From positions 4,064,001 through 4,128,000 of the forward strand of contig OY760175.1 in assembly GCA_963663165.1 (NCBI GenBank): a stretch of 64,000 nt of DNA, given 5' to 3'. A program made the translations under genes and the position numbers. The notes below the pieces were generated by a model. The model saw nothing but the letters and a program-made list of their open reading frames with translations, was not told where the DNA came from and made no database searches. This DNA comes from an uncultured Desulfospira sp. (GTDB lineage: Bacteria; Desulfobacterota; Desulfobacteria; Desulfobacterales; Desulfobacteraceae). Numbering within the stretch: position 1 is the first letter of the stretch; each line of letters opens with the position of its first letter. Of the stretch, positions 33,483-42,359 are shown piece after piece.

Positions 33483-35870
33483 TTACTGAAGCAGGGTTGT
33501 GATGTTTTCAGTGGATGCATTGGCCTGGGCAAGGGCATAGGAACTGGTCTGCGCCAGGAGTGACAGTTTAGCATAAGTGGCCGTTTCCTCGGCAAAGTCC
33601 ACATCTCTCAAAGTCGATTCAGAGGCCTGGACATTGGTCTTGGTTACGGTCATGTTTGAAATGGAAGAGGAAAGCTGGTTCTGTACCGACCCCAGAGAAC
33701 TCCGGGTGGCGTCCAGATCTGCCAGGGCAGCCTCTGCAATCTCAATGGCAATGGTGGCATCCGCCTGGGTCAGAACGCTCAGGTCCGCCAGGGTCAGGCT
33801 CTCCTGGCCGGAAATGGTGACGCTTCCCTCGTCGGTATCAATGACCAGCTCCGAACCGGCGGCAATGACACTTTTAGCCTCCAGGGTCATATCATCGGAC
33901 AAGGTAACATTATTTGAGAGGGTAACATCCTCTGTAATTTCAGAACCGGCGGTGATGGTAAAGTCAGATCCGCCGTTGATGTTGACCACCATATCCTGCT
34001 GTACCGTGGTTCCGCTCTCCAGTACGGTTCCCTTTGCCAGGGTGGTCCCGGCGGCAAGGTCCATATCCTCAGACAGGGTGGTCTGGGTAACATTAACCGT
34101 GCCCTCAATGGCCGAATCCTCCGCCAGTGTCGAAGCCGACATGATGGTTGAGCCCACTGCCACGTCCATATCTTCCGTGGTAATGAGGTTGGCGTTGAGT
34201 GTGGTGGTGTCCCCAAGGGTGGAACCGGCTGTCAGGGTTGATCCGGTAAAAATGGTTGACCCGTCCTCAAGGGTCATCTCTTCAGCCATGGTAACGTCAT
34301 CACTGATGGTGAAGTCCGCCCCGAGTTCCGTACCGGCGGCCAGAATGGAACCGGTGGCAATGGTGGTGTCATCGGACAGGGTCATGTCCGAGGTGACAAT
34401 CAGATCATTGGACAAGGAGACATCGGCCGTCAGGGTGCTTCCGGCGTCATAGGACTGAGAACCGCTTGTAAAGCTGACCGTGAGTACGGTGCCGGCACCA
34501 AGGGTTGTTCCGGAATTAAGGGTTGAACCGGCCGTAACCGTCATCTCCTCATCCAGGGCTGTGGCGGCCTTGCCGACTTCAATGTCCCCTGTAATGGTCG
34601 TTCCTTCGGACAGTACGGAACCGCTTTTCAAAATAGAGCCGGCCGCAAGCTCATAATCGCCCTCTGTGTCGGTTATCTTATCAACCGTGGCCGTCCCCCC
34701 AAGAACCGTGTCCGCCGTTAGAACCGTATCCGTGACCAGGGTGGATTCGTCGGCCACTGTGGTGGTGTCGGCGGTGATCATCTTGGCATTCAAGACGATT
34801 TTGTCCTCTGTCCCCCCCGAGGTGGTGGTGCTGATGTTAAAGCTGCTGGAACCTTCCTGGGTCAGGGTGATATACCCGATGGTGGACAGATCTTCAGCTG
34901 ACTGGTCACCAAAAACGTCACCGGTGTCGCCGGTAACATAAATGGCCCGGCCGTCTTCCGAGGTGAGGGTCAGGGTGCCATTGTCTTCAATGGCGGCAGA
35001 CACGCCGGTTTCCGTGGTCTTGTCATTGATGGCCGTGACCAGGGCCGCATCGGAATCGTTGTCTTCCACGTTGATGGCGCCGATGACCACACCGTTAATG
35101 GAAAAGTCGGATCCGGTGCTCCCTTCCTGAATGGCTTCTTCGGTGGTGCTTTCCACCACGGCCGTGGCGCTGATGCCGGTCAGATAGGTCACGGAGTTGA
35201 TCTCGTCGGCCAGGGCGCCCATACCGTTTTCGGCATCGTTGTTTTGCAAAATTTCAATGGTTTCCAGTTCCACTTCCTCCCCGTCAATGGCCGAGGTAAT
35301 GGTCAGGGCCACGACACCACCTTCTTCGTCGTCCAGCTCCAGGGTAGCTGTTGAAATGTGGCCGGTCTGGGTGGACTCACAAGAGCCGACGCTGATGGTA
35401 GCGGTATCGTCGGAAGTGGAGCCGGTCTGAATGGTCTTATTGGTAAAGGCACCGTTCAGGAGCTGCTGCCCGTTGTAGGACGTGGTTTTGGCAATGGTAT
35501 CCAGTTCCTCCAGCAGCTTATCGATATCCTCCTGGATGGCAGAGCGGGTATCGGTTGTCTGGGTGTCGGAAGCCGCCTGGATGGCCTTTGTCTTAATGGT
35601 ATTCACAATGCTGATAGACTCTTCCAAGGCACCGTCGGCTGTCTGGACGATAGAAACGCCGTCATTGGCGTTCTGGATGCCCTGCCCGAGTCCCAGATAC
35701 TGGGACTTGAGAGAGTCGGCAATGGTCATACCGGATGCATCATCGGCTGCCCTGTTGATTCTCAGACCCGTGGACAGCCTTTCAAGAGATGAAGACATCG
35801 CGGTATCGTTGCTGAGCATGTTCCGATGGGCGGTCAGTGCGGCTACATTGGTGTTAATACTTAATGACAT
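33483..35870 (-). CDS. fliC: flagellin with a large repetitive central domain (~795 aa)
   Basis: MSLSINTNVAAL...LSTGLRINRAADDASG N-terminus; RSSLGSVQNQL...SESTLRDVDFAEE...AQAN C-terminus; GGAGG RBS. Confidence 0.95.
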   Translation of the reverse strand: MSLSINTNVAALTAHRNMLSNDTAMSSSLERLSTGLRINRAADDASGMTIADSLKSQYLGLGQGIQNANDGVSIVQTADGALEESISIVNTIKTKAIQAASDTQTTDTRSAIQEDIDKLLEELDTIAKTTSYNGQQLLNGAFTNKTIQTGSTSDDTATISVGSCESTQTGHISTATLELDDEEGGVVALTITSAIDGEEVELETIEILQNNDAENGMGALADEINSVTYLTGISATAVVESTTEEAIQEGSTGSDFSINGVVIGAINVEDNDSDAALVTAINDKTTETGVSAAIEDNGTLTLTSEDGRAIYVTGDTGDVFGDQSAEDLSTIGYITLTQEGSSSFNISTTTSGGTEDKIVLNAKMITADTTTVADESTLVTDTVLTADTVLGGTATVDKITDTEGDYELAAGSILKSGSVLSEGTTITGDIEVGKAATALDEEMTVTAGSTLNSGTTLGAGTVLTVSFTSGSQSYDAGSTLTADVSLSNDLIVTSDMTLSDDTTIATGSILAAGTELGADFTISDDVTMAEEMTLEDGSTIFTGSTLTAGSTLGDTTTLNANLITTEDMDVAVGSTIMSASTLAEDSAIEGTVNVTQTTLSEDMDLAAGTTLAKGTVLESGTTVQQDMVVNINGGSDFTITAGSEITEDVTLSNNVTLSDDMTLEAKSVIAAGSELVIDTDEGSVTISGQESLTLADLSVLTQADATIAIEIAEAALADLDATRSSLGSVQNQLSSSISNMTVTKTNVQASESTLRDVDFAEETATYAKLSLLAQTSSYALAQANASTENITTLLQ

Positions 35871-36007
35871 GTGTTTCCTCCTTGATAAAGTTAAGGGTGG
35901 CGGCATCAGTGCCTGCTCACCTTGTGGCACACCGGGTATACATGGTGTGCGCCTGGGCTTGGTTTCGGCGGGGGCCAGCCGCCCGGATCAATCCGCTGTT
36001 AGCTTTC

Positions 36008-36035
36008 GTATCGCAAGAAAACTAGTGGACCTTTA
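36008..36035 (-). promoter_or_regulatory. putative sigma28 (FliA) promoter
   Basis: TAAAG-N15-TGCGATAC on the minus strand, about 140 bp upstream of the flagellin start; imperfect match to TAAA-N15-GCCGATAA. Confidence 0.5.
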
Positions 36036-36267
36036 GGAGTTAAAACGCGCCGTTATCCCTCCCACAGAAAAAGTCTCAACAGATTGGTTTTTGAATGTTA
36101 TTTAACGAAACTGACGAGGGTTAAGTTTTTCTAGAAAACAATCAAGTGAGATTTATCGTCAAAATAATTTTTGGTTTTTTCAAGAAATCAACATAGGGCT
36201 TGGCCGGGAGCCGGTGTTTGGACGCAGACGGGTGGCTTTGTGAGCTGAGGCTCCTCTATCGAGCCGT

Positions 36268-37206
36268 TCAAACACCAAAACCAGCGGCACGGATTTGTGG
36301 CTTCTGCCTGAAACTGTTGGGAAAATGGGTATAATGGAGTTCCAAAGCCTCCCAGGGGGTTTTTTGCTTTAATGCCCCTAAAGGAAACCGGGTGTTGTAC
36401 CGGGAAATGTATTTTTTAAACTCGTCATTGGAAGACCAGGGCAGTTCCCATCCCGTTGTTTTTCCTTTGGCCCTAAGGCCGGCAAGAGACTGGGCAAGTT
36501 TGCTGACAGCCTTGGGATACGGGATGTCCATATGAAACGCAGAAAGCCTGAATGACCGGCACAGATGTTCAACGGCAAAGGTGTGTTGCTGAGCATCAGC
36601 ATTCTCCAATGTCAGGTCAATGGGGTCTGTGTAAATGATCCCCAATACCCTTAACGGAAGGGACTGAACCTGCTGTGACAAAAAATCGGTTACAGAGTCT
36701 GAAAAACCGGCATGAAAGGTTTTAAAGGTGCAGTCCAGAAGGGTATGAAAAAGAACAGGCTCTCCTTTTTCAAAAAAAGAGGGCAGTTGAAAGCAGTTAT
36801 AGCAAAGATAGGACCCGGCGTAATCAGACAGGTCTACCGGGACAGCATGCTTCAGGGAGGGCAGCCGGGAAATGGCATACCGTTTCAGGCACCGGTTCAG
36901 GCTGGCCCTTGAGCAGTTAATATCCAGAAAAGACTGGGCCATGCGGTGCAAATCATCAAGCCCTGCCCGTGTGGACAGGCGGCACAGGACAATCTTGATT
37001 TCTTCCATGGGGGCCAGGGCGGTGGTGACTTTTTTGGGGGCATGAGACCGGTCAAATACTTCGGTACGGTTCCGCCACCTTCTGATGGTGGTTTTGCTTA
37101 CCCCGGTCATTTCTGCCAGAGCGGCGGTACTCAGGTTGGGATTGCTCTGGATAAAAGCCCGCTGGGCCGGTGTGGTGGTCGCGTTTTTATGGAGATGTAT
37201 TTTCAT
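36268..37206 (-). CDS. IS481-family transposase-derived protein with degenerate DDE triad
   Basis: MKIHLHKNATTTPAQR...GVSKTTIRRWR HTH, SRASLNRCLKRYAISRLP, YNTRFPLGALKQKTP. The catalytic HID and NGxVER motifs appear replaced. Confidence 0.75.
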   Translation of the reverse strand: MKIHLHKNATTTPAQRAFIQSNPNLSTAALAEMTGVSKTTIRRWRNRTEVFDRSHAPKKVTTALAPMEEIKIVLCRLSTRAGLDDLHRMAQSFLDINCSRASLNRCLKRYAISRLPSLKHAVPVDLSDYAGSYLCYNCFQLPSFFEKGEPVLFHTLLDCTFKTFHAGFSDSVTDFLSQQVQSLPLRVLGIIYTDPIDLTLENADAQQHTFAVEHLCRSFRLSAFHMDIPYPKAVSKLAQSLAGLRAKGKTTGWELPWSSNDEFKKYISRYNTRFPLGALKQKTPWEALELHYTHFPNSFRQKPQIRAAGFGV

Positions 37207-37611
37207 TGTGTCACCTGATGTCTCTTTTTGTTTCCCGGCCTTTGGCATTTCCTTCAAATAAAAAAATCACCAAAACACCGCTTTCCTGTCATTATCAGGG
37301 CACAAACCATACCTAAGATTAAAACATAATAATTTCAGTTTGTTACAATCCACACTTTTGCTATGGAGTAATTTATATTATCCTATAGAGTAAGTTTTGG
37401 TTAAGTTACCCCATAGGGTAAAAATAGGGTAAAATTACAGCGGTAAACAAATTAGCGCGGGTTTTTGCAACGTTGTCCGTTATTCTATATTGAGGGGAAT
37501 CCAGAACGGCCACGGACCGTCCGAATTCCCGCGCAATGATCTGCTTAAAACAACTATTATGTTTTAATACAGACGGTTAGTTGAGTGCTTTATGCAAACA
37601 AGGAGGTAAAA

Positions 37612-38028
37612 ATGGAATGCAAGGACGCATTAAAGGCCATGGGGGCCTGGATGGACAACGAACTTTCCAAAGAAGAATCCACTGTTCTAAAACAGCATAT
37701 TTCCCAATGCGCGGAATGTGCTGCTGAAGCAGAAAATTTACAGGAACTGATAGCCGCCTTAAACCGGATTTGCCCTGAAGATCCTCCCCATGGGCTGATG
37801 GAAAAAACCCTTTACCGGTATGAGCAGGCCATAACACCCCGGGCAAAAGAGACATGGCAGGGACAAACCGGATGGATCAGAAAAATAGGGCTTGCGGCCG
37901 GAAGCATGGCCGGCTTGTGGGCCGGGTCTATGCTGGGAATGCGGCTGGTGTCTGCCCAGACGTTCTCTCCCCTGGACCTTATGGCAGCCCTTTGTTTTTC
38001 AGGAGGTCTGGCATCATTATGGGCATAG
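37612..38028 (+). CDS. zf-HC2 anti-sigma factor
   Basis: MECKD...HISQCAEC (HxxxCxxC) plus a C-terminal TM segment; AGGAGG RBS. Confidence 0.85.
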   Translation: MECKDALKAMGAWMDNELSKEESTVLKQHISQCAECAAEAENLQELIAALNRICPEDPPHGLMEKTLYRYEQAITPRAKETWQGQTGWIRKIGLAAGSMAGLWAGSMLGMRLVSAQTFSPLDLMAALCFSGGLASLWA

Positions 38029-38507
38029 CACCGTTGAAAAAAGGACTCTGGTTCCTGCTGGCCTTCTCCGTTGCCCTGAATATCGGGTTCATTATCACGG
38101 TAACGACCCACAAAAGCCCCGGTCCCATGGGATTTCCGAAAAAAGCCCCGCTGCCGCCGTTCTTGCCCGGGATCCCGGCTTTAGAACAGATGGGCCTGCC
38201 CCATGATGTCAGAACAAAAGCAACTGAGGCCATCCACCGGCTGGTAGACGCCCATGGCCAAATGATGTCCCAGATCTGGCTTAAAGAGGATAAACTGCTG
38301 GAGTTAATTGGCCGGCCAGGCCCCCTGGATAAAAACAGCCTTGAAACAAACAGCCGTGAAATCGTTCAGATTCTGGATCGGAACATCCGTGATAAAGCGG
38401 AATATTTTATCGAAATCAGAAACCTGATCGGGCCTGAAAAAAGTGAATATTTTTTTTCCAAAGTGCGTGAACAGTTTAAACAGGGCATGATGAGAGAAAG
38501 GCATTAA
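38019..38507 (+). CDS. periplasmic Spy/CpxP-like (heavy-metal sensor type) protein
   Basis: LAFSVALNIGF membrane anchor followed by a helical domain; lies between the anti-sigma and the ECF sigma. Confidence 0.7.
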   Translation: MGIAPLKKGLWFLLAFSVALNIGFIITVTTHKSPGPMGFPKKAPLPPFLPGIPALEQMGLPHDVRTKATEAIHRLVDAHGQMMSQIWLKEDKLLELIGRPGPLDKNSLETNSREIVQILDRNIRDKAEYFIEIRNLIGPEKSEYFFSKVREQFKQGMMRERH

Positions 38508-38509
38508 GC

Positions 38510-39055
38510 TTGGATCTTTCCCGCTCCTATAAACAAAAAACCGACGTTGACCTGATCAGCCGCATCCATAAGGGGGATAAAAAGGCCTTTAAAGAAATTC
38601 TGGTCCGGTACCAGAGCGGGGTATACGGATTTGCCTTTTCCCTTTTAAGCGACCCCCATGAAGCCGAGGACATTTCCCAGGAAGTTTTTTTAAGGCTTTA
38701 CCGAAAGGCCCGGTCCTACCGGGCCTACACCTCCCTGCGCACCTATCTGTTCCATATCACCCGAAACCTGTGCATTGACCATTTGCGCAAAAAACGCCCG
38801 GAAACCATGCCTGACCCGCCTGAGCCAATCTGTGCCCGGACCCCTTACAGCCATCTGTGTGACTCGGAACTCAGAAGAAAGATTGACGGGTTGATCTCAA
38901 GCCTGCCCGAAAACCAGGGAACGGCCATCTACCTTCGCCATGTCCAGGGAATGAACTACCAGGAAATTGCCCAGACCTTAGGAGTGACCGTCCGGGCTGT
39001 TGAATCCCTTCTCAGCCGGGCCAGGCGAACTTTTCGCAGTCGGTTCAGGTCTTAG
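38510..39055 (+). CDS. ECF RNA polymerase sigma factor
   Basis: AEDISQEVFL, TYLFHITRNLCIDHLRK, YQEIAQTLG...VESLLSRAR. Confidence 0.92.
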   Translation: MDLSRSYKQKTDVDLISRIHKGDKKAFKEILVRYQSGVYGFAFSLLSDPHEAEDISQEVFLRLYRKARSYRAYTSLRTYLFHITRNLCIDHLRKKRPETMPDPPEPICARTPYSHLCDSELRRKIDGLISSLPENQGTAIYLRHVQGMNYQEIAQTLGVTVRAVESLLSRARRTFRSRFRS

Positions 39056-39229
39056 AAGCACAACCCTTTCTAACATACTGTTTTCGAAACATATATTAAT
39101 CAAATTTTCTTTCCCGGCGCAAATGAATTTCGCTAAATGTGAACTAAATGACATCATTTTTATAGAAGGTTTTTCCCAATTTAACCGTTATTTTATATAG
39201 AAAAGCCGGATGCGATAGCGGTTTTGTTT

Positions 39230-39279
39230 TTTTTGCAAGGACACTCATGGCTGATTTTTGCAAGGACACTCATGGCTGA
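39230..39279 (+). repeat. perfect 25-bp tandem duplication spanning the RBS and start codon
   Basis: TTTTTGCAAGGACACTCATGGCTGA x2. Confidence 0.9.
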
Positions 39280-40345
39280 CAGGAAATTAGAAGACATAGC
39301 GGTAATCGGGGCCAACCACGGGCTTTCAACGGTGTTGAAACAGGTGGGGCAGGTCGCCCGGCTGGACACCTCTGTTCTGCTGTTAGGGGAAACCGGCGTC
39401 GGCAAAGGCCTGATAGCCGCCCTGATTCACAACATGTCTTTGAGGATCCAAGGCCCTTTTATCACCGTTAACTGCGGCGCCATCCCGGATACCCTCCTGG
39501 ACAGTGAGCTTTTCGGCCATGAAAAAGGCGCCTTTACCGGTGCCGTTTTAAAAAAACAGGGCCGGTTTGAACGGGCCAATAATGGAACCCTGTTCCTGGA
39601 TGAAATCGCGGAACTGCCCCTTTCCGCCCAGGTCCGGCTGCTCAATGTCCTTCAAAACCGGGAAATTGAACGTGTGGGCGGCAGTTCTTTTGTTTCCCTG
39701 AATATACGGGTCATTTCCGCCACCAACAAAGACCTGGAATCCATGGTGGGTTCGGGCAGGTTTAGAAAAGATCTCTGGTTTCGCCTCAATGTGTTTCCCA
39801 TTCAAATTCCGCCCTTGCGCCACCGAAAAGAGGATATCCCGGATCTGACCAGCCATTTTATCCGGAAGACCGCAGAAAAACTGAAACTGGACCCCATCCC
39901 CCGGATCGGCCAGAATGCCCTTGAACAGCTAATGGCTTACCACTGGCCGGGAAATGTCCGGGAACTTGAAAACATGGTGGAACGGGCCATGATCTGCTGC
40001 AAATGGGGCCAGCTGGACTTTACCGGCATCCTGCCCCAGTTCGTCCCAATTCCGGGGACCCCGGTGGATGACGAGTCTATGGCCTTTTACAACCGGATTG
40101 CCGCCGTGCATGACATTTCCCAGGTGGTGGCTGTCGGCGCCGGACCTGAAAAATCCTTTCTGAGCCTGAACCAGGTAAACCGGATCCATATTTCCAATGC
40201 CCTTGCCTCAGCCAAAGGAAAAATAAACGGACCGGGAGGCGCGGCCCAGCTTCTGCAAATCCACCCCAACACCCTTCGAAAACGGATGGACCGGCTCGGC
40301 ATTCAGTACGGAAAAAAACGGGCCCGGTCCATGAGCCGGTCCTGA
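39272..40345 (+). CDS. sigma54-dependent activator (AAA+ and Fis HTH) lacking an N-terminal sensory domain
   Basis: [47 protein letters not shown]. Confidence 0.9.
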   Translation: MADRKLEDIAVIGANHGLSTVLKQVGQVARLDTSVLLLGETGVGKGLIAALIHNMSLRIQGPFITVNCGAIPDTLLDSELFGHEKGAFTGAVLKKQGRFERANNGTLFLDEIAELPLSAQVRLLNVLQNREIERVGGSSFVSLNIRVISATNKDLESMVGSGRFRKDLWFRLNVFPIQIPPLRHRKEDIPDLTSHFIRKTAEKLKLDPIPRIGQNALEQLMAYHWPGNVRELENMVERAMICCKWGQLDFTGILPQFVPIPGTPVDDESMAFYNRIAAVHDISQVVAVGAGPEKSFLSLNQVNRIHISNALASAKGKINGPGGAAQLLQIHPNTLRKRMDRLGIQYGKKRARSMSRS

Positions 40346-40410
40346 TAATCCCCCCTTTTACAAGGTCTTCCAAAAAAAATCAGGTGTGGGATTAAAGTTA
40401 ATCAATAAAA

Positions 40411-40797
40411 TGGGCTTGGGATATGGGACTTGGGGATTGCAGCGTCCGTGGCCTCCCCAAGTCCCAAGCCGGTAGTTAGCATGGCCCCGTTTGATTTACC
40501 CCTCACAAACAACATGTTATATGGACAATGGTGGGCAACGCTTTAAAAAAATTCTCGCAAAGGCGCAACGGCGCAAAGCTTAACTTCCCTTGGGCAAATA
40601 GTATTCTTTGCGCCTTAGCGCCTTTGCGTGAGAATATAAAAAAAGAGGGCGAAGCCCTCAATTTTAGGATGACAGAGTAAGGAGAAAAGCATTCCATACA
40701 TTGAGAACCTCTTGCTACCCCACATCCCAAGTCTCAACAATATACATTATATTCCCTACCATCAAAATCAACATCGCCTGCCGGCAGGTTACATGCC
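40411..40797. repeat. composite intergenic repeat: GGGACTT-heptamer element interrupted by an octamer (GCGCAAAG) hairpin
   Basis: 40411-40470 and 40721-40797 match the two halves of the element at 44600-44745. The insert includes the inverted repeat 40551-40635 (attctcgcaaaggcgcaacggcgcaaag / ctttgcgccttagcgcctttgcgtgagaat). Confidence 0.7.
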
Positions 40798-40807
40798 CCT
40801 GTCGTCC

Positions 40808-42358
40808 TTAGGCCGGTACCTTGACCGACGGAAATCGTGACCGGTCCGTGTGGGGATAAAACTTGGCCCCGGAAAACATGTTCATGAATTCCTGGTTCAC
40901 ATTCAGCTCAATATAGGTGATGGACTGCCGGATCTCCATGATCCGGTCAAAGGCTTCGGCCTCTTTCAGCAGACGGATTGCCCCGCCTAAAGATGAATTG
41001 CCCAGGACTTCAAAGGCGGACCGGTCAATATCGGGCAGCATGCCGATGCCGATGGCTGATTCCGGATCGATAAAAGAGCCGAATGTTCCGGCCACGTAGA
41101 ATTTTGCCAGATCTTCGAATTCCAGGCCGGCCGTGTTCCGGACGATCACCTCAAGAATGGTGTACATGGCGGCCTTGGAGGATGTCAGGGAATTTAAGTC
41201 CACCTGGCTTAGGGCAATGGGGCTGCCCGTGCCGGAATCTTCGGCATCCACCAAAATATAAGAGGCAATCCCGTCGATCTCCTTGAGCCGGTCTTTGCAG
41301 CCTGTTGGATCAAATTTCCCCCGGATATCAATCATCCCCCCCGTGAAAAAAGCCGCAGCCAGATCAATCATGCCCGAACCGCAGATGCCCACCGGGGGTT
41401 TTTCTTCAATGGTATGGATTTTAAGGCCGCCGCTCTCCGGATCAAAGGCTACCCGGTCAATGACGCCGGGCCCGGCAGTCATGCCCATCCGGGACACCCC
41501 GCCCTCCAGGGCCGGGCCGGCCGCGCCGGCACAAGCCATGAGCCAGTCTTTGCTGCCCACCACAATTTCCGCGTTGGTGCCCACATCCACCATAATACAG
41601 GGGGCGTCCTTTTTATCCAGGTCAGCATATAAAATCCCGGCCAGCAGATCCCCGCCAAAATAAGAGCCGATATTGGGAAACAAAAAGGCCAGGCCGTCCG
41701 GGTGGATATCCAGGCCCAGATTTGCGGCCCGGAAGGTATCCGGGATATTGACACAGGGGATATACGGCTCCCGGATGATTTCAAAGGCCTCAATGCCCAA
41801 AAACAGATGGGTCATGGCCGTGTTTCCGGCACCGGCCACCAGGAAAATATCGGTCTGCTCCACGCCGTGATCCTTGCACAGGGCACAAAGATGGAAATTG
41901 ACCGCCTGGATCACCAGATTCCGGAGATCGGCCAGCCCCCCTTCCCGGTGGGAGTGGTGAATTCTGGCCAGGACATCCGGCCCGATGGCGGCCTGGGGAT
42001 TGTCAAGCCCCACCTGGCCCAGTTCCTGTCCGGTTTCCAGGTCCAGCAGGGAGATCACGATCCGGGTGGTGCCGATATCAATGGCCGCCCCTAACACAGG
42101 GGTTTGCTTTTCGGGATCCAGCAGGTCCACCAGGCGCCAGGAGCGGCGGTCCCGGAACAGTACGGCCCTGGCCTTAAATCCCCATGCCCGCAGCCTTGAG
42201 GGCAGATTGGTCAGCACATGCCACGGGATTTTGACCTGGGAGGCCCCCAGTTCCTTTTTCAAGGCCTGTTCCAGCCTTAAATCATCGGCAACATTATTGC
42301 CCAGCACGGGTTTTTCTATTTCAATATGACGGATATATCCGTTTGATAGCGCTGTCAT
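40808..42358 (-). CDS. ASKHA-domain RACo-like corrinoid activation protein (no N-terminal 2Fe-2S domain)
   Basis: AIDIGTT, YFGGDL, VDVGTNAEI, AAGPALEG, GICGSG, AGTFG, GNSSL. Confidence 0.88.
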   Translation of the reverse strand: MTALSNGYIRHIEIEKPVLGNNVADDLRLEQALKKELGASQVKIPWHVLTNLPSRLRAWGFKARAVLFRDRRSWRLVDLLDPEKQTPVLGAAIDIGTTRIVISLLDLETGQELGQVGLDNPQAAIGPDVLARIHHSHREGGLADLRNLVIQAVNFHLCALCKDHGVEQTDIFLVAGAGNTAMTHLFLGIEAFEIIREPYIPCVNIPDTFRAANLGLDIHPDGLAFLFPNIGSYFGGDLLAGILYADLDKKDAPCIMVDVGTNAEIVVGSKDWLMACAGAAGPALEGGVSRMGMTAGPGVIDRVAFDPESGGLKIHTIEEKPPVGICGSGMIDLAAAFFTGGMIDIRGKFDPTGCKDRLKEIDGIASYILVDAEDSGTGSPIALSQVDLNSLTSSKAAMYTILEVIVRNTAGLEFEDLAKFYVAGTFGSFIDPESAIGIGMLPDIDRSAFEVLGNSSLGGAIRLLKEAEAFDRIMEIRQSITYIELNVNQEFMNMFSGAKFYPHTDRSRFPSVKVPA

Positions 42359-42359
42359 T

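Noticed and set aside
33577..34452. 291-aa plus-strand ORF
   Set aside because: Antisense shadow of the repetitive flagellin.
36268..37257. Active IS481 insertion sequence
   Set aside because: Catalytic motifs are degenerate and I see no terminal inverted repeats or target duplication.
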